Shown piece by piece: positions 10,462 to 21,236 of a stretch of 64,000 nucleotides of DNA. Below the pieces are notes generated by a model. It ran no database searches, was not told the DNA's origin, and saw only the letters and a program-made list of their open reading frames with translations. Source of the stretch: a virus; IMG/VR virus record IMGVR_UViG_3300035210_000189, positions 1-64,000 of that record. One strand, 5' to 3'. How positions within the stretch are numbered: position 1 is the first letter of the stretch; each line of letters opens with the position of its first letter. A program made the translations under genes and the position numbers.

Positions 10462-10602
10462 ATCTTATTTAATTGTTGTTTTTTTTAATATTATTATATA
10501 TCACCATGCAAAAAAAACAACCTATAGTCTTATATTTTTATTGAAAACATCATGAAAATGATATATAATCTAAGTCTAAAATTCAGAAAACGGAGACGGC
10601 TT

Positions 10603-10860
10603 ATGTCAATTAACACAAACACTCACAAACCTAAAAATTTAGTTCGATTTATATTTTGGGGATTTTGTGCTATGGTTTTCTTGTTTGTTCAAAATTTCTT
10701 TTACCATATATACTACAATGGTAAGCATAAACTTAAACAAGGAAAAGCTCCTTTCTGGAAGTTTGTTGGTTTTACAATTGTTACATTGAATCTGGCTTGC
10801 CTTGTTAGTTTCTGGGATCAAGCAAAAGACATGGTTCCCAAGATTTACCACATTAGCTGA
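10603..10860 (+). CDS. Small membrane protein
   Basis: GGAG RBS before ATG 10603; two hydrophobic segments. Confidence 0.65.
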   Translation: MSINTNTHKPKNLVRFIFWGFCAMVFLFVQNFFYHIYYNGKHKLKQGKAPFWKFVGFTIVTLNLACLVSFWDQAKDMVPKIYHIS

Positions 10861-10880
10861 TATTACGGATAGGTGACGAG

Positions 10881-11216
10881 ATGCGATTAAAGTTTCTTTG
10901 GTTAAAATTTATGCTCAAATTCATGGGATTTAAAGTCGTTGAAGTTCGGATGGTTGATTCCGATAATAAGGTGTTGAGTTATACTTTGAACAATGACTAC
11001 AACCAAAAATCAGGTTCGTATGCCAACTATCCTTTTCTGAGTATTTCTATTGACCCTACTGGGTTTTATTCGACGCAAATACATCAACACAATCCGATTA
11101 TTAAAAATGATGTCTATACATCACGATCACCGTATAAACTCATTAAGTTGTGGTTGGTTGCGTTTCATCATTTCAAAGCCACATACAAAATTAAAATACA
11201 GGAGTCTTTGTATTGA
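10881..11216 (+). CDS. Hypothetical protein
   Basis: AGGTG RBS; operon-like spacing. Confidence 0.6.
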   Translation: MRLKFLWLKFMLKFMGFKVVEVRMVDSDNKVLSYTLNNDYNQKSGSYANYPFLSISIDPTGFYSTQIHQHNPIIKNDVYTSRSPYKLIKLWLVAFHHFKATYKIKIQESLY

Positions 11217-11617
11217 ATAACTCACATGCTGAAATCATTAATTTGAAGGTTTTACGGCCTTATCATAGCCATAACGAAAGATTGTTCAATAACCTCCGTG
11301 AAGCTCATGATTTTGCACCAAAAGTAGCTCAACAGATGGCTTATGAAGCTTTGTTAGTTGAAGATCGAGCTTTTGATGGATTGTTTCGTAAAATTAGAAG
11401 TTTTGTTTTAAAAACAGACTATGAACCATTAACCAGTATTGAGTATTCTATTTTTGATGGAGCTATCAAATTTTACAAAAAAAGCATTGAAGAATCAAAA
11501 GTAGATTTAGCCGCTCGGATGGTGACGCAACCTGTGATTGAGGCGTATATCGAAAGTCAACAAACCACTGTTGAATTGGCTGACAAAATATTGAATAAGA
11601 TTCTCAAGTTAGAATGA
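11213..11617 (+). CDS. Hypothetical protein
   Basis: AGGAG upstream; overlaps the previous stop. Confidence 0.6.
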   Translation: MNNSHAEIINLKVLRPYHSHNERLFNNLREAHDFAPKVAQQMAYEALLVEDRAFDGLFRKIRSFVLKTDYEPLTSIEYSIFDGAIKFYKKSIEESKVDLAARMVTQPVIEAYIESQQTTVELADKILNKILKLE

Positions 11618-12059
11618 TTTCAAGTGACAATTTTTCATTATCGACATCTTTGAATAGTTGATTGAAGTCAAATACTATTTTAGGTATGTCGATAATTTTA
11701 TATATTTTATCCATTCCCATTTTTTCATAACAAGATAGGTTCATTCTAGGATTTATATGTTCTTTATTTTGATCTATAATGAAAACGTCTCCATAATGAT
11801 CATCTCCCTTATATACTTCATGGAGGTGTCCACGTCCGGTTATAACACGATAACCATCATTTTCTTTAAAGATATGTATTCCAAAATAATGATATAATTC
11901 TAAGTCTTCATGCATTTCAACTCTTGATAAATCTAGAATTTTTTCATAATAGTTTAATTTAAGTTGAATATAGAGATCATTAATCATCTGGTCTTCATCT
12001 GTATCTTGCATGTTTGTGTACTTAGAAATCATAGGCTTAACTTTCATAACGGATCTCAT
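11604..12059 (-). CDS. Hypothetical protein (C-terminus resembles the M-x-x-I tag family)
   Basis: 151-aa ORF ending KLSLEIILT. Confidence 0.6.
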   Translation of the reverse strand: MRSVMKVKPMISKYTNMQDTDEDQMINDLYIQLKLNYYEKILDLSRVEMHEDLELYHYFGIHIFKENDGYRVITGRGHLHEVYKGDDHYGDVFIIDQNKEHINPRMNLSCYEKMGMDKIYKIIDIPKIVFDFNQLFKDVDNEKLSLEIILT

Positions 12060-12200
12060 TGTTTTTCTATAACCTTATCATTTTTTAATCCATTGTAAAC
12101 CCGTATATTTTCTAAATAAATTGATATTTTTTGAGAAATGTTGTATAATAACGTATCTAATCCATGCAAATGCTGGATATTATTATCTTGGAGATTTCAA

Positions 12201-12695
12201 ATGACTTTGAGTAAAAAAGAGCAGACTATACAAGTGATTGATGCGGCGTTTGAAGCTGCTATTAAAGAGCAACATTCAGGATTTGCATGGGAGCTTTTTT
12301 GGCAATTTGGCGTTGTATCTAAACTTCAAGATTTTAATTTTAAGTTGATGTCTGAGGCTATTTCCACTGGTAACATGAAAGATTTTGATAAGCTCCCAAT
12401 TATTGATGTTAATACTGAAGAAACACTTGAAGTAATCAAAGAACGCCAAAAAGCACTGAATAACGAACACAAAATTAGAAGTGTGACGTTTGCTGATTAC
12501 CGTGAACGTATTGTTACATTCTTCAAAGATAAACGTGATATTGATTTTGATTCATTAGATGAAGACAGTGCTAAAAAAGCTCTTCAAAATGAAGATATTA
12601 TGAGTTACCCAGATACTATTTATGAAGCTTTGTCCATGACTCATATGCAGTATAAGTATCTCTATCAACGAGGTAGTGTACAACTTAAGGCTTAA
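12201..12695 (+). CDS. Hypothetical protein
   Basis: GGAG RBS before ATG 12201; TTGATA-17-TATAAT upstream. Confidence 0.75.
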   Translation: MTLSKKEQTIQVIDAAFEAAIKEQHSGFAWELFWQFGVVSKLQDFNFKLMSEAISTGNMKDFDKLPIIDVNTEETLEVIKERQKALNNEHKIRSVTFADYRERIVTFFKDKRDIDFDSLDEDSAKKALQNEDIMSYPDTIYEALSMTHMQYKYLYQRGSVQLKA

Positions 12696-12776
12696 CACAT
12701 TGTCTTTTGTTGATAACTTATTGACTTTAAGGTTCGATGCCTTAAACTTTAGTTATCAACAAGAGATTGCTATTTA

Positions 12777-13298
12777 ATGTTAGAATTATTTATTAAACTT
12801 ATATTAGTCAGCTTTTATGCCATTATTTCTGGATGTAGCCCTAATGGTCATTTAACTGAAAACCTTGAGCCACAAGGTAAAGCAATGTTCGATCCCGAAA
12901 ATAGAACGATGTTGGGTTATAAGTTATATGACAAGATAGATAACATTTCAAAAGATCCTAATTATACATTTTTGAAAAAAGAAGACGATGTGACTTATTA
13001 CACCGTTAAAAATCAAAATAACGACCCAAGACAGATCTCAATTGTGGTCAGTGTCCGCAATGATAAAATCTATTCAATAGAAAGCCGCTACCAATACCCG
13101 CATTTCAGAAGCTGTAATGCTGCAGCCGAACAAATCTACAATGAAACTAAAGACGTTTTCCCACTTGAAAAACGCCCTAATGTCAATGATAAAGGCTATC
13201 ACTTCGATGGTGTACTGAAAAATTACATCTTTATTACAGCTTGCACTGACTTATTAGATACTGATAAAATAATTCATAGTACAACCTACATGCGATAA
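12777..13298 (+). CDS. Putative lipoprotein / exported protein
   Basis: Hydrophobic N-terminus ending ISGC; paired Cys. Confidence 0.7.
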   Translation: MLELFIKLILVSFYAIISGCSPNGHLTENLEPQGKAMFDPENRTMLGYKLYDKIDNISKDPNYTFLKKEDDVTYYTVKNQNNDPRQISIVVSVRNDKIYSIESRYQYPHFRSCNAAAEQIYNETKDVFPLEKRPNVNDKGYHFDGVLKNYIFITACTDLLDTDKIIHSTTYMR

Positions 13299-13392
13299 GT
13301 GGTTATTGACGGATTTGATAACTGTATAATACTAATTCAATATTGACGACAGCTTGTTAATTGTTTATAGTGTCAGATAATTTTTCAAATAT

Positions 13393-13469
13393 CTCTGCGT
13401 AGCTCAGTTGGATAGAGTGCTCGCTTCCGAAGCGAACGGTCGTTGGTTCGAATCCAACCGTAGAGGCCA
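13393..13469 (+). tRNA. tRNA-Arg(CCG)
   Basis: Acceptor CTCTGCG/CGTAGAG, D-arm GCTC-AGTTGGATA-GAGT, anticodon loop TTCCGAA, T-arm GTTGG-TTCGAAT-CCAAC, encoded CCA; 77 nt. Confidence 0.95.
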
Positions 13470-13490
13470 TATAAATATAGGAGACTATTT

Positions 13491-13835
13491 ATGAGTATTC
13501 AGAAATATCTATACCTTGCAGTTATTATTGATACATCACAAGACGTTGTTTGTGTTGCAGCCGTCACAAAAGATACTTGGGATACTCATAAAATGTATGA
13601 TGACCCTAATGATATTGAAGACATTGTTTCTCGGATTAGTGTGAATGGTTATTTTATGGAGTCCAGTGGAATGGATTACTCACTGCTGGATGTTATTGAA
13701 AAAGATGGAATGCCATTAACCGCTAAAGATGCTCACACTCTTGTGAATGACCTTGAATCAAATGGTTTTACCATTAACAATGAATTTGCAAAGAACATTC
13801 ATGAGTTATCAGATGGTCTGTATCAGATGGCTTAA
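13491..13835 (+). CDS. Hypothetical acidic protein
   Basis: AGGAG RBS; directly downstream of the tRNA. Confidence 0.75.
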   Translation: MSIQKYLYLAVIIDTSQDVVCVAAVTKDTWDTHKMYDDPNDIEDIVSRISVNGYFMESSGMDYSLLDVIEKDGMPLTAKDAHTLVNDLESNGFTINNEFAKNIHELSDGLYQMA

Positions 13836-13850
13836 CTGTCAATTAAAAAT

Positions 13851-13871
13851 AAAGCACCATCAGGTGCTTTT
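13851..13871. terminator. Bidirectional intrinsic terminator
   Basis: AAAGCACC-ATCA-GGTGCTTTT. Confidence 0.75.
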
Positions 13872-13878
13872 ATTCTTT

Positions 13879-14673
13879 CTAAATACCTGCCATTTTTACA
13901 ACATGAAGGTTTTCAGATAATCCAGTATCAAATATGCCCTTGTTATAGGCTTCTTTCAACTCTTTGTAAAAAACCTCTAGTGTTTCGTTACTGTTTACTT
14001 GTTTCACACTGAAATAGGGATACATCGTCACAAATGCTTCTGATGATTTTAGGATATCGTTGATGTGAACATTGAAAAAATCATCAAATTCAGAAAGTTC
14101 AAAGCCATTATCAATGTCTAGTATTAATGATTCTTGATTTACACAGTCGAATAAGGCTAAGTGATCTTTCTTTTGAGCATCCTTGTAAAATACATATCGA
14201 ATTAGATAGCCTAATGTATCATTTTTATAAACATCAATGGGTCGATTTATAAAATAACCATCAAGTTCATTTTCCTCATCTAATGCAAATTGAAGATCAA
14301 AAAAATGACTTGAATTTGGAAAATTTAGATGATCAAAAACACCCGATTTTATTTCTAATTCAAGATCAACTTCAATAAAATTATTATTATCATCATAATC
14401 ATATAAGAATATTATATGTCCATCACTATCTTTTAATTTATATTTTGCATTTACTTGTTTATTTTTTCCAATAACATATTGATCGATTTTGATGTTTTCA
14501 AAATTAATAGTTGGATCATTTTTTTCATTAACTTGATTAAGCCAATGAATAATTCTATGTTTAAAATAGAAGATATGCTCTGGTAACATATCTGCAGTTG
14601 TTCGACGTTTATCTTTTAAAATAGAAAAGTCTGGTTTTAAATAATCAAATGTAACACTTTTATTAATTGTCAT
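13879..14673 (-). CDS. M-x-x-I C-terminal tag family protein, subfamily 1
   Basis: FDYLKPDF N-terminus shared with 14697 and 15502; ends VVKMAGI. Confidence 0.8.
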   Translation of the reverse strand: MTINKSVTFDYLKPDFSILKDKRRTTADMLPEHIFYFKHRIIHWLNQVNEKNDPTINFENIKIDQYVIGKNKQVNAKYKLKDSDGHIIFLYDYDDNNNFIEVDLELEIKSGVFDHLNFPNSSHFFDLQFALDEENELDGYFINRPIDVYKNDTLGYLIRYVFYKDAQKKDHLALFDCVNQESLILDIDNGFELSEFDDFFNVHINDILKSSEAFVTMYPYFSVKQVNSNETLEVFYKELKEAYNKGIFDTGLSENLHVVKMAGI

Positions 14674-14696
14674 TCTGCATTCCTGTTTATTTCTAG

Positions 14697-15485
14697 TTAA
14701 ATAGTCATCATCTTGATAATCGTAAGATTTTCATCGAAGCCTTTATTAAATACACCATCTTTATACATTTTTTTCATTTCGGCATAAAAAAGGTCAAGCG
14801 TTTCATTGTTGTTTACAAGACCCATACTAAATTGTGGATACATGTCGATGAACGTCTCTAATGATTGTAAAATAACATTTATATTTTTATTGAAAAAATC
14901 ATCAAAGTTTTCTACACTTTCAACCTCAGCATTAATAACCATGTTCTCATCTTTCGATTTGTAATCATACAGAATTAATAAATCTTTTGTTTTCTGTCCA
15001 TCAGCAGTAAACGAATACTTTACCATGAAATCGTCATATGAGGTATCTGACATGTCTAGTGAACGCTCTACAACATAATCGAGCATTTCATTGTGTGTAT
15101 TCATATCAGCAGTCACAGTAAAGAATTGACTGGTAGATGGAAACTTTAACTGATTGTTATAAATACCGACCTCAGTCGAAAAGCTTATATTTTTAAAAGT
15201 TCCAATTTTATCATAATTGAAGTGAAGGGTGCCAGCAAGATTTTTAAAACCATAGACGATTAGGGCAGTCCCTTTGTCACCTACCATATAACGTTCAATT
15301 TTTACCGCATCAAAATTGGTTTCTGGATCAAACGATTGATTCATTTGATTGAGCCAATGAACAATCCTATGTTTGAAATAAAATTGATATTCAGGTTGAA
15401 GATTAACCATAACGATTCTTCTACCTTTTAAAATAGAAAAGTCTGGTTTTAAATAATCGAATGTTACCGTTTCATCAGTTTTCAT
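14697..15485 (-). CDS. M-x-x-I C-terminal tag family protein, subfamily 1
   Basis: Tandem paralog; ends IIKMMTI. Confidence 0.8.
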   Translation of the reverse strand: MKTDETVTFDYLKPDFSILKGRRIVMVNLQPEYQFYFKHRIVHWLNQMNQSFDPETNFDAVKIERYMVGDKGTALIVYGFKNLAGTLHFNYDKIGTFKNISFSTEVGIYNNQLKFPSTSQFFTVTADMNTHNEMLDYVVERSLDMSDTSYDDFMVKYSFTADGQKTKDLLILYDYKSKDENMVINAEVESVENFDDFFNKNINVILQSLETFIDMYPQFSMGLVNNNETLDLFYAEMKKMYKDGVFNKGFDENLTIIKMMTI

Positions 15486-15501
15486 TTATTTTCCTTTTCA
15501 A

Positions 15502-16302
15502 TTAAATAGCAGCCATTCGAACAACTTCTAAATTGTTTTCTAAATTTACTAGAAGACCTTTGTCATGTAAATCTCTTAGCTCATCGTAAAAAATAGAGAA
15601 AGATTCACTGTTATTTATTTTTTTGATACTAAATGTTGGATTGAGTTCTAAAAATGTATTGGGTGACAAAAGAACAGTATCAATTATTGTGTTGAAAAAA
15701 ATGTCAAAACCATACGTGTTCTCGATGTTTTCTTTTTTTAATTTCAATAGATCAGTATCGAAACCCTTATTCATATCATCAACAATTAAAAATAGCATAT
15801 CTCTTAATTTGACACTATATCTATCAAAATCGTAATATATAGATAACGATAAATTATCAAGAGTCTCAACATTACGAGCTAATCTGTAACCATTAAACTC
15901 CATTTTATTATTTATTTTAATTGTTAATCGAAACAAACAATCATGGTCAGGATATTTTTCTTTATTTTTGTATACATTATGGAGAAAAACAAGCTCAGCT
16001 TCTTTAAATTTGTTCTCTTGATCGTAATCAATATAAATCGTACCTGCACCTGCTGGTGTATGGATATTTACAGAAAAATGATCACTGCCTCTTAAAGTAG
16101 TGTCTGCCACTGCTATGGTTTCAAAGTTAAATGCCATATCGGTGGATTCGTTTACTGCATTTAACCAATCAATAGTTTTATGAACTAAAAAGAACTGAAA
16201 TTCAGGTGGCACAAAAAATGTAACAGGCTCACCTTCTGTCTCTGTTTTAAAATCTGGATTTAAGAAATCAAATTTAAAACCCGATTCTTCTATTTTATTC
16301 AT
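15502..16302 (-). CDS. M-x-x-I C-terminal tag family protein, subfamily 1
   Basis: Tandem paralog; ends VVRMAAI. Confidence 0.8.
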   Translation of the reverse strand: MNKIEESGFKFDFLNPDFKTETEGEPVTFFVPPEFQFFLVHKTIDWLNAVNESTDMAFNFETIAVADTTLRGSDHFSVNIHTPAGAGTIYIDYDQENKFKEAELVFLHNVYKNKEKYPDHDCLFRLTIKINNKMEFNGYRLARNVETLDNLSLSIYYDFDRYSVKLRDMLFLIVDDMNKGFDTDLLKLKKENIENTYGFDIFFNTIIDTVLLSPNTFLELNPTFSIKKINNSESFSIFYDELRDLHDKGLLVNLENNLEVVRMAAI

Positions 16303-16305
16303 GAT

Positions 16306-16998
16306 TTATTGGACCTTTAAAACAAAATCGTTTGATTTAAAATCGCTAAAAAAATCATTGAAATTATTAGTATTCATGACGAGTTCGTATTTTTTATTCA
16401 GAATTGCTTTTGCTCTTTGTAAATTTTCAACACCTACTTTTACAAAGCTATTCATATCCAAATCAAGCGTAGCAATATAACCATTCTTGTTACCAAATGA
16501 AGCTTGGATTTGATAACCACCACCCGCTAATACCCAAATAGGTTCATCAGTTTTGGAGATTAAATGATTATGGATAGTCTTGATGCGTGCATGATAATGA
16601 GTGCTAAGTAGTTTAAAATGCTTGATAGCATGTTCAATACTGTTTTTATCCTTTTCCAATGCATAGCGGCCACGATCATCAAGTCCATATTGAATACCAT
16701 CATGATTGACCGCTACCATTGATTGAGTATGCCATGCAGACCCTTTGACGGGTTCGGCAATAATCCCAAAATCAGAGTAAGCCGCAATAATATATTCAAT
16801 TGGAGGTCTAGTAGAAATATAATACCCTAACTCAACCAATGTTTTACAGCCATTATCAGCTTGAAACTCTGCCCATTCATAATCACCCGCCATGAAACGG
16901 GCAAATAGGTTCTTTTGTTTATACGTTGCAACAGAAAGTTTGGCTTTCACGTTTTTAATTTCTTCTGGTGTTTCTGGATGTCTGTAATCATATTCCAT
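16306..16998 (-). CDS. Hypothetical protein
   Basis: 230-aa ORF, AAGGGG RBS. Confidence 0.75.
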   Translation of the reverse strand: MEYDYRHPETPEEIKNVKAKLSVATYKQKNLFARFMAGDYEWAEFQADNGCKTLVELGYYISTRPPIEYIIAAYSDFGIIAEPVKGSAWHTQSMVAVNHDGIQYGLDDRGRYALEKDKNSIEHAIKHFKLLSTHYHARIKTIHNHLISKTDEPIWVLAGGGYQIQASFGNKNGYIATLDLDMNSFVKVGVENLQRAKAILNKKYELVMNTNNFNDFFSDFKSNDFVLKVQ

Positions 16999-17035
16999 GA
17001 TATAACCCCTTTATTTAATGAGTTTTGTAAATTGA

Positions 17036-17515
17036 TTAAGCACCATCAAGATCTTCAAGCTCAGATTCATCATTAAGACTTTCTTCTAGTGATTGACGAA
17101 ACTTTGCCACCATCACATCAATGGCATCAGGGTTATTTTTGAAGTGGGCTTCGATACGTTCCATGTTGATTTCTTCATCACCTTTACGGTCATAAAACAA
17201 AATGTTGGAAACTGCTTGATCAACCAATCCGGTAACATCATCATCAGTGAGTGGAAATACTGCCAATGCATCATGCAGTTTGTGAGAGTGAGCGAATTCA
17301 TTAATCGACCTAATCACAAGCTCGCTACCATTTTCGACGTAGTAAGAATAAAGCATGGAAATCTCACTTTTATCTTTTTCAGATGTTACCAAAGCTAAGA
17401 CTTCTTGAATGAAAGATTCTCCATTTTTTTTCAAGTTACGTTTGATGAGGGTAGTGTCATACAGACCATCCAGAAATTCTTTCAAATCTTCAAAGCTCTT
17501 TTCAGTGGTAGTCAT
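17036..17515 (-). CDS. Hypothetical acidic protein
   Basis: AGGAG RBS; promoter-like TATAAT upstream. Confidence 0.75.
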   Translation of the reverse strand: MTTTEKSFEDLKEFLDGLYDTTLIKRNLKKNGESFIQEVLALVTSEKDKSEISMLYSYYVENGSELVIRSINEFAHSHKLHDALAVFPLTDDDVTGLVDQAVSNILFYDRKGDEEINMERIEAHFKNNPDAIDVMVAKFRQSLEESLNDESELEDLDGA

Positions 17516-17642
17516 GGTAAATCTCCTAAATAATTTCAGTGATTATAGCAGATTCTGCACAACTAGGCAAGGATAAAGAATGATTGACATATGCCGTCAA
17601 TTCCTTTAAAATAAGCACTCAATATTACTAGGATACTTAATA

Positions 17643-17972
17643 ATGTCTCAATTAATTAATCTCGCTCTGAAGGATACTTCTGATAATTTGGGTCGTTCAT
17701 CTTCTGCTCAATATCAAGTTAAGCATTATTTTGACAGCACGCTTCGAGGACTTCAAGAAGAATGTGTTACACTTAATAATGTTATTGCTATGCTCAAAGA
17801 GAATGAAACTGATAATGCCAAAGCATTGGATAAACTGAACAAAGCAGTAGATGTTAATCGTGCTCGTTATACTGAAACCATTAAGACGGCGGGGCAGATA
17901 GACGTTGCTATTGACTCACTTAACCGTGCTAGCACTTGGATTTCTGCTTTGGAAGTTGAATTGAAAGCTTAA
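17643..17972 (+). CDS. Hypothetical coiled-coil protein
   Basis: TTGACA promoter, AGGA RBS, heptad-like sequence. Confidence 0.7.
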   Translation: MSQLINLALKDTSDNLGRSSSAQYQVKHYFDSTLRGLQEECVTLNNVIAMLKENETDNAKALDKLNKAVDVNRARYTETIKTAGQIDVAIDSLNRASTWISALEVELKA

Positions 17973-17993
17973 CTTAAAAAATTGTAAACAAAT

Positions 17994-18018
17994 AAAAACC
18001 ATCCTAGGATGGTTTTTT
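17994..18018. terminator. Bidirectional intrinsic terminator
   Basis: A5-CCATC-CTAG-GATGG-T6. Confidence 0.8.
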
Positions 18019-18019
18019 G

Positions 18020-18826
18020 TTATTGTCTTATTGTAGTTTTTTGTCCAAATACATTGATGGTTGTTACAATTTCTTTTAAGCTTTCTGGTAGTGTTTTATT
18101 TTCTTCTATATTAGCAATAAGTTGTTTATATTCATATAACTCACGTCTAGTCACAAATTTATCTTTATAGATTTCATCAAACTTCGCTTTTGATTCAGGT
18201 TGCTTTGTGATTTCATTGACACTAATCAGACCAGTCAATAATGTGTTGGGTATACTGAGTAAGTTCTCTTTGTCTTTGATGTATTCTTGTAGTTTACTTT
18301 CGTCACTTGCCAATTTATCAGTAGATATTTGCTTGTATAGATCACTTTTACTATAATCTTGATGGCTGTTAATTTGAAGATATTTTGACAGATCTTTATA
18401 TCCTTTATTAATTTCATTTATTTTCTCAGTATTAAAAAACATCACTTGATAAAAAATTTGCATAATAATAAATAAAGAAACTGTGGCAATTGCAATTTTT
18501 TTGGATTTATTGGTCATGTCATCTAGGATAATTGAAAAAACACCCAATAACGTTAGCAATGTGCCAAATATTGTAGCCAAAATCAAAACATTAAAACTTT
18601 TTGCATCATTAATTTGATAACTATAATCCAATCCTGCAAAAGAAAGTACAACATCTTAGTACATTTTTGCAGTACAATAAAAACCAAATAAAAATAATAG
18701 GCTAGCAATAACAACTCGTTTTTGAGTTAATTTAAATGGTTTATTTTGTGTAGGTTCTACTACTTCCATTTTTTCTTTTGTACTCTCCATTTTTTTCGAC
18801 CTTACTGTTAATTTTACCTTTTCCAT
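18020..18826 (-). pseudogene. Membrane protein gene interrupted by one in-frame TAA
   Basis: ATG 18826 with AAGG RBS reads MEKVKL...AKMY-TAA(18658-18656)-DVVLSFAG and continues in frame into ORF 18631..18020. Confidence 0.65.
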
Positions 18827-18988
18827 TGTTTTAACCTTATTATTATACTAATAAGATTATTCCATGATGAATATAAAAGTCAAACCAAAATAATTCATTG
18901 TTTAAAAGAAAAAATATAATATCAACAACCAGTCAAAAAGTAAATTTTCATTTATTGAGACGAAAAAAAAGGAACTCTTTCAAGTTCC

Positions 18989-19381
18989 TTATTGTTGTGT
19001 TACTGATACATCCACTGATTCGCCGTAATACCCATTTGAAGACCCGAAGAATCGTAATACCACCAATCCTCTCTCAGTCGCCATTCGATAATAAGTCCAA
19101 GTGAAAGATTCTCCTTGATAACATGACGACCCAACAATCAAATCGCTGTTAGAAGTTTCCTCAGCCATAACGACAGTGTGTCCGATTAAATCATCAATGT
19201 CGCCAATGATCTCTTCCAAATACACATCCTCACAGCAATCTTGGTTATGATAGAACGTAAACACTAAACCACTTGTTGTACGCACTATAAACTCTTCATC
19301 GTTACGGTTACCGCTCACAGACTCGATAGTTTCACCCACCATTCTGTTCAATGTTGCATTTACTTCGTTTTGCATATTCAT
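18989..19381 (-). CDS. Conserved phage-type protein (YH.QDCCE.V / W..Y...T / SNGYY motifs)
   Basis: Motif set recognised from phage hypothetical proteins; AGGAG RBS. Confidence 0.75.
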   Translation of the reverse strand: MNMQNEVNATLNRMVGETIESVSGNRNDEEFIVRTTSGLVFTFYHNQDCCEDVYLEEIIGDIDDLIGHTVVMAEETSNSDLIVGSSCYQGESFTWTYYRMATERGLVVLRFFGSSNGYYGESVDVSVTQQ

Positions 19382-19732
19382 TAGTAATTCTCCTGTTGGT
19401 AATTAGTACCAAGCCACAAGAGTCATTTATTACTATTGAATGTCGCCATTCTATCATGTGATCCTTATTAAATCAAGACTATATTTAAAATAAATCTATT
19501 ATATGGCAATCTTTGAGCGATACGGTGTTCAGGCTTATAAGCAATAGCCTTATTATTCATGAATATCCGACCGTTGGATTGCTCATAAACCTTGCTATTT
19601 CACTGCATTTCATCTATAATTCCAACAGAATTGAGCGTGAGGTTATTGATGAAAAAACCGGCTTATTTCTAAAATTAAAGCTGATCTTGACAACTTTAAA
19701 ATATAAACTTAACTTATTTGGAGACATACACT

Positions 19733-20140
19733 ATGTATCAATCATTTCAAGACTTCATCAAGAAAACAGAAGAATCCCATGCGGCTATGGTCGCTACTGC
19801 TAATGAGAAACCAAGTTTGGAATCTTACCGTGATACAGTGGCTAAATTGCTAGGTCATGATGATGTTCATGCTCTGGAAGCTGCTTTGGATAACAACTAT
19901 CAACCCAGCTATGTATTGGTCTACATGTGGCAAGGTGTGACTGATACTATTCGCACCTATAAACCGACTGACGCTGGTAAAGAACAGATGTTGGAAGAGT
20001 TCTCTGAAAAGGTTAAAGATCGACTTGGTGTTCTTCCTGATGGTAGTTTATCAGATGAAGCACAGGCTCTGTTAGATGCAGCGATTGATGATATGTTTTA
20101 TGAAGATTCAAAAGTCACTATTACTTGTTACAAAGTTTAA
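19733..20140 (+). CDS. Hypothetical protein
   Basis: GGAG RBS before ATG 19733; TTGACA upstream. Confidence 0.75.
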   Translation: MYQSFQDFIKKTEESHAAMVATANEKPSLESYRDTVAKLLGHDDVHALEAALDNNYQPSYVLVYMWQGVTDTIRTYKPTDAGKEQMLEEFSEKVKDRLGVLPDGSLSDEAQALLDAAIDDMFYEDSKVTITCYKV

Positions 20141-20151
20141 ATCGTGTCAAC

Positions 20152-20179
20152 AAAAAAGCCATCTTTTGATGGCTTTTTT
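20152..20179. terminator. Bidirectional intrinsic terminator
   Basis: A6-GCCATC-TTTT-GATGGC-T6. Confidence 0.8.
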
Positions 20180-20192
20180 CTTTTAACGCTAC

Positions 20193-21236
20193 TTAGCTAC
20201 ATTTTGTAATCAATAAACCATGATCTTTATTGAATTTAACACTGTCTTTATTTTTCAATATTAATATTTGTTGTAAGTTAGTTAATGATTCTGTCTGGTT
20301 ATTAATCAGTTCAGCCACCGCATTGACACCACCTTTCTCGAAAGCCTTAATAGTTGCTATGTCACGAGTTAGTTGACCGTCAGTTATATTCCTTCTAATT
20401 GCCAGTATAGATTTCTTATACTCTTCTGGATATTTTGTTTTTATATAGTCTGATTTATTGGCTGTATAGTAATTTAAAAATTCTTTTTTCAATCCTATTA
20501 ACTCTTCGTTAGTAAATTTTTCATAATTATTTTTAAAATAGTTAATTTCACCTAAACCGTCTAGTTTTTCAATGTAGTCATTAACAACCACTTCGGTCAC
20601 TTCTATACCCAGAGCACCGGATATTTTATTATAACTGGGAGCACCACATAGACTTGCAGAAATTTCATGTCTTTTGTTTATTTTGTCATTTTCAATTTGT
20701 TGTTCTGTTGCAACAATGAGTGCCGCAATAACACTAAATGACACGGCTAGTTTTAAGAAGCCTTTGTTAACACTCATCTCATCATGAAAAAACTTGTTAG
20801 CACAAAAGAATGTCAAAAGAATAATTAAGGCATATGTTATGTAGGTTACTGTGAGTATTGTTTCTGTCTTTTCAGGATTCCAGTCTATTACTATTTTTCC
20901 TACTGAATACGTGATGAGGCATAGCAGTATTGATTTTGACGTTAATTGTAGATATGCCGTTTTATACGGTTTCCCTAACACATAGTATTTGAAAGCCATT
21001 AAAAATATGAATACCATCGCATACATCAAATTAAGTTGACTTCTAAATAAATCCGTTGCTGAGCCTGTAGTTAGATTTAAATATTTGGTATAACTATTAT
21101 CATCATTCTGGAATAATGTAACAATTTCCATAACTCCATTTGTCAAACCCATGCCGAAACTCATTAGACATGCGTATAAAAATATACCTATAAAACAGCC
21201 AAATAATAGTTTTTGTTCTCTTTTGTTTTCGTTCAT
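20193..21236 (-). CDS. Multi-pass membrane protein with soluble C-terminal domain, family M
   Basis: About 5 hydrophobic helices then a helical domain; distant paralog of 57882/58963/59963; AAGGAG RBS before ATG 21236. Confidence 0.75.
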   Translation of the reverse strand: MNENKREQKLLFGCFIGIFLYACLMSFGMGLTNGVMEIVTLFQNDDNSYTKYLNLTTGSATDLFRSQLNLMYAMVFIFLMAFKYYVLGKPYKTAYLQLTSKSILLCLITYSVGKIVIDWNPEKTETILTVTYITYALIILLTFFCANKFFHDEMSVNKGFLKLAVSFSVIAALIVATEQQIENDKINKRHEISASLCGAPSYNKISGALGIEVTEVVVNDYIEKLDGLGEINYFKNNYEKFTNEELIGLKKEFLNYYTANKSDYIKTKYPEEYKKSILAIRRNITDGQLTRDIATIKAFEKGGVNAVAELINNQTESLTNLQQILILKNKDSVKFNKDHGLLITKCS

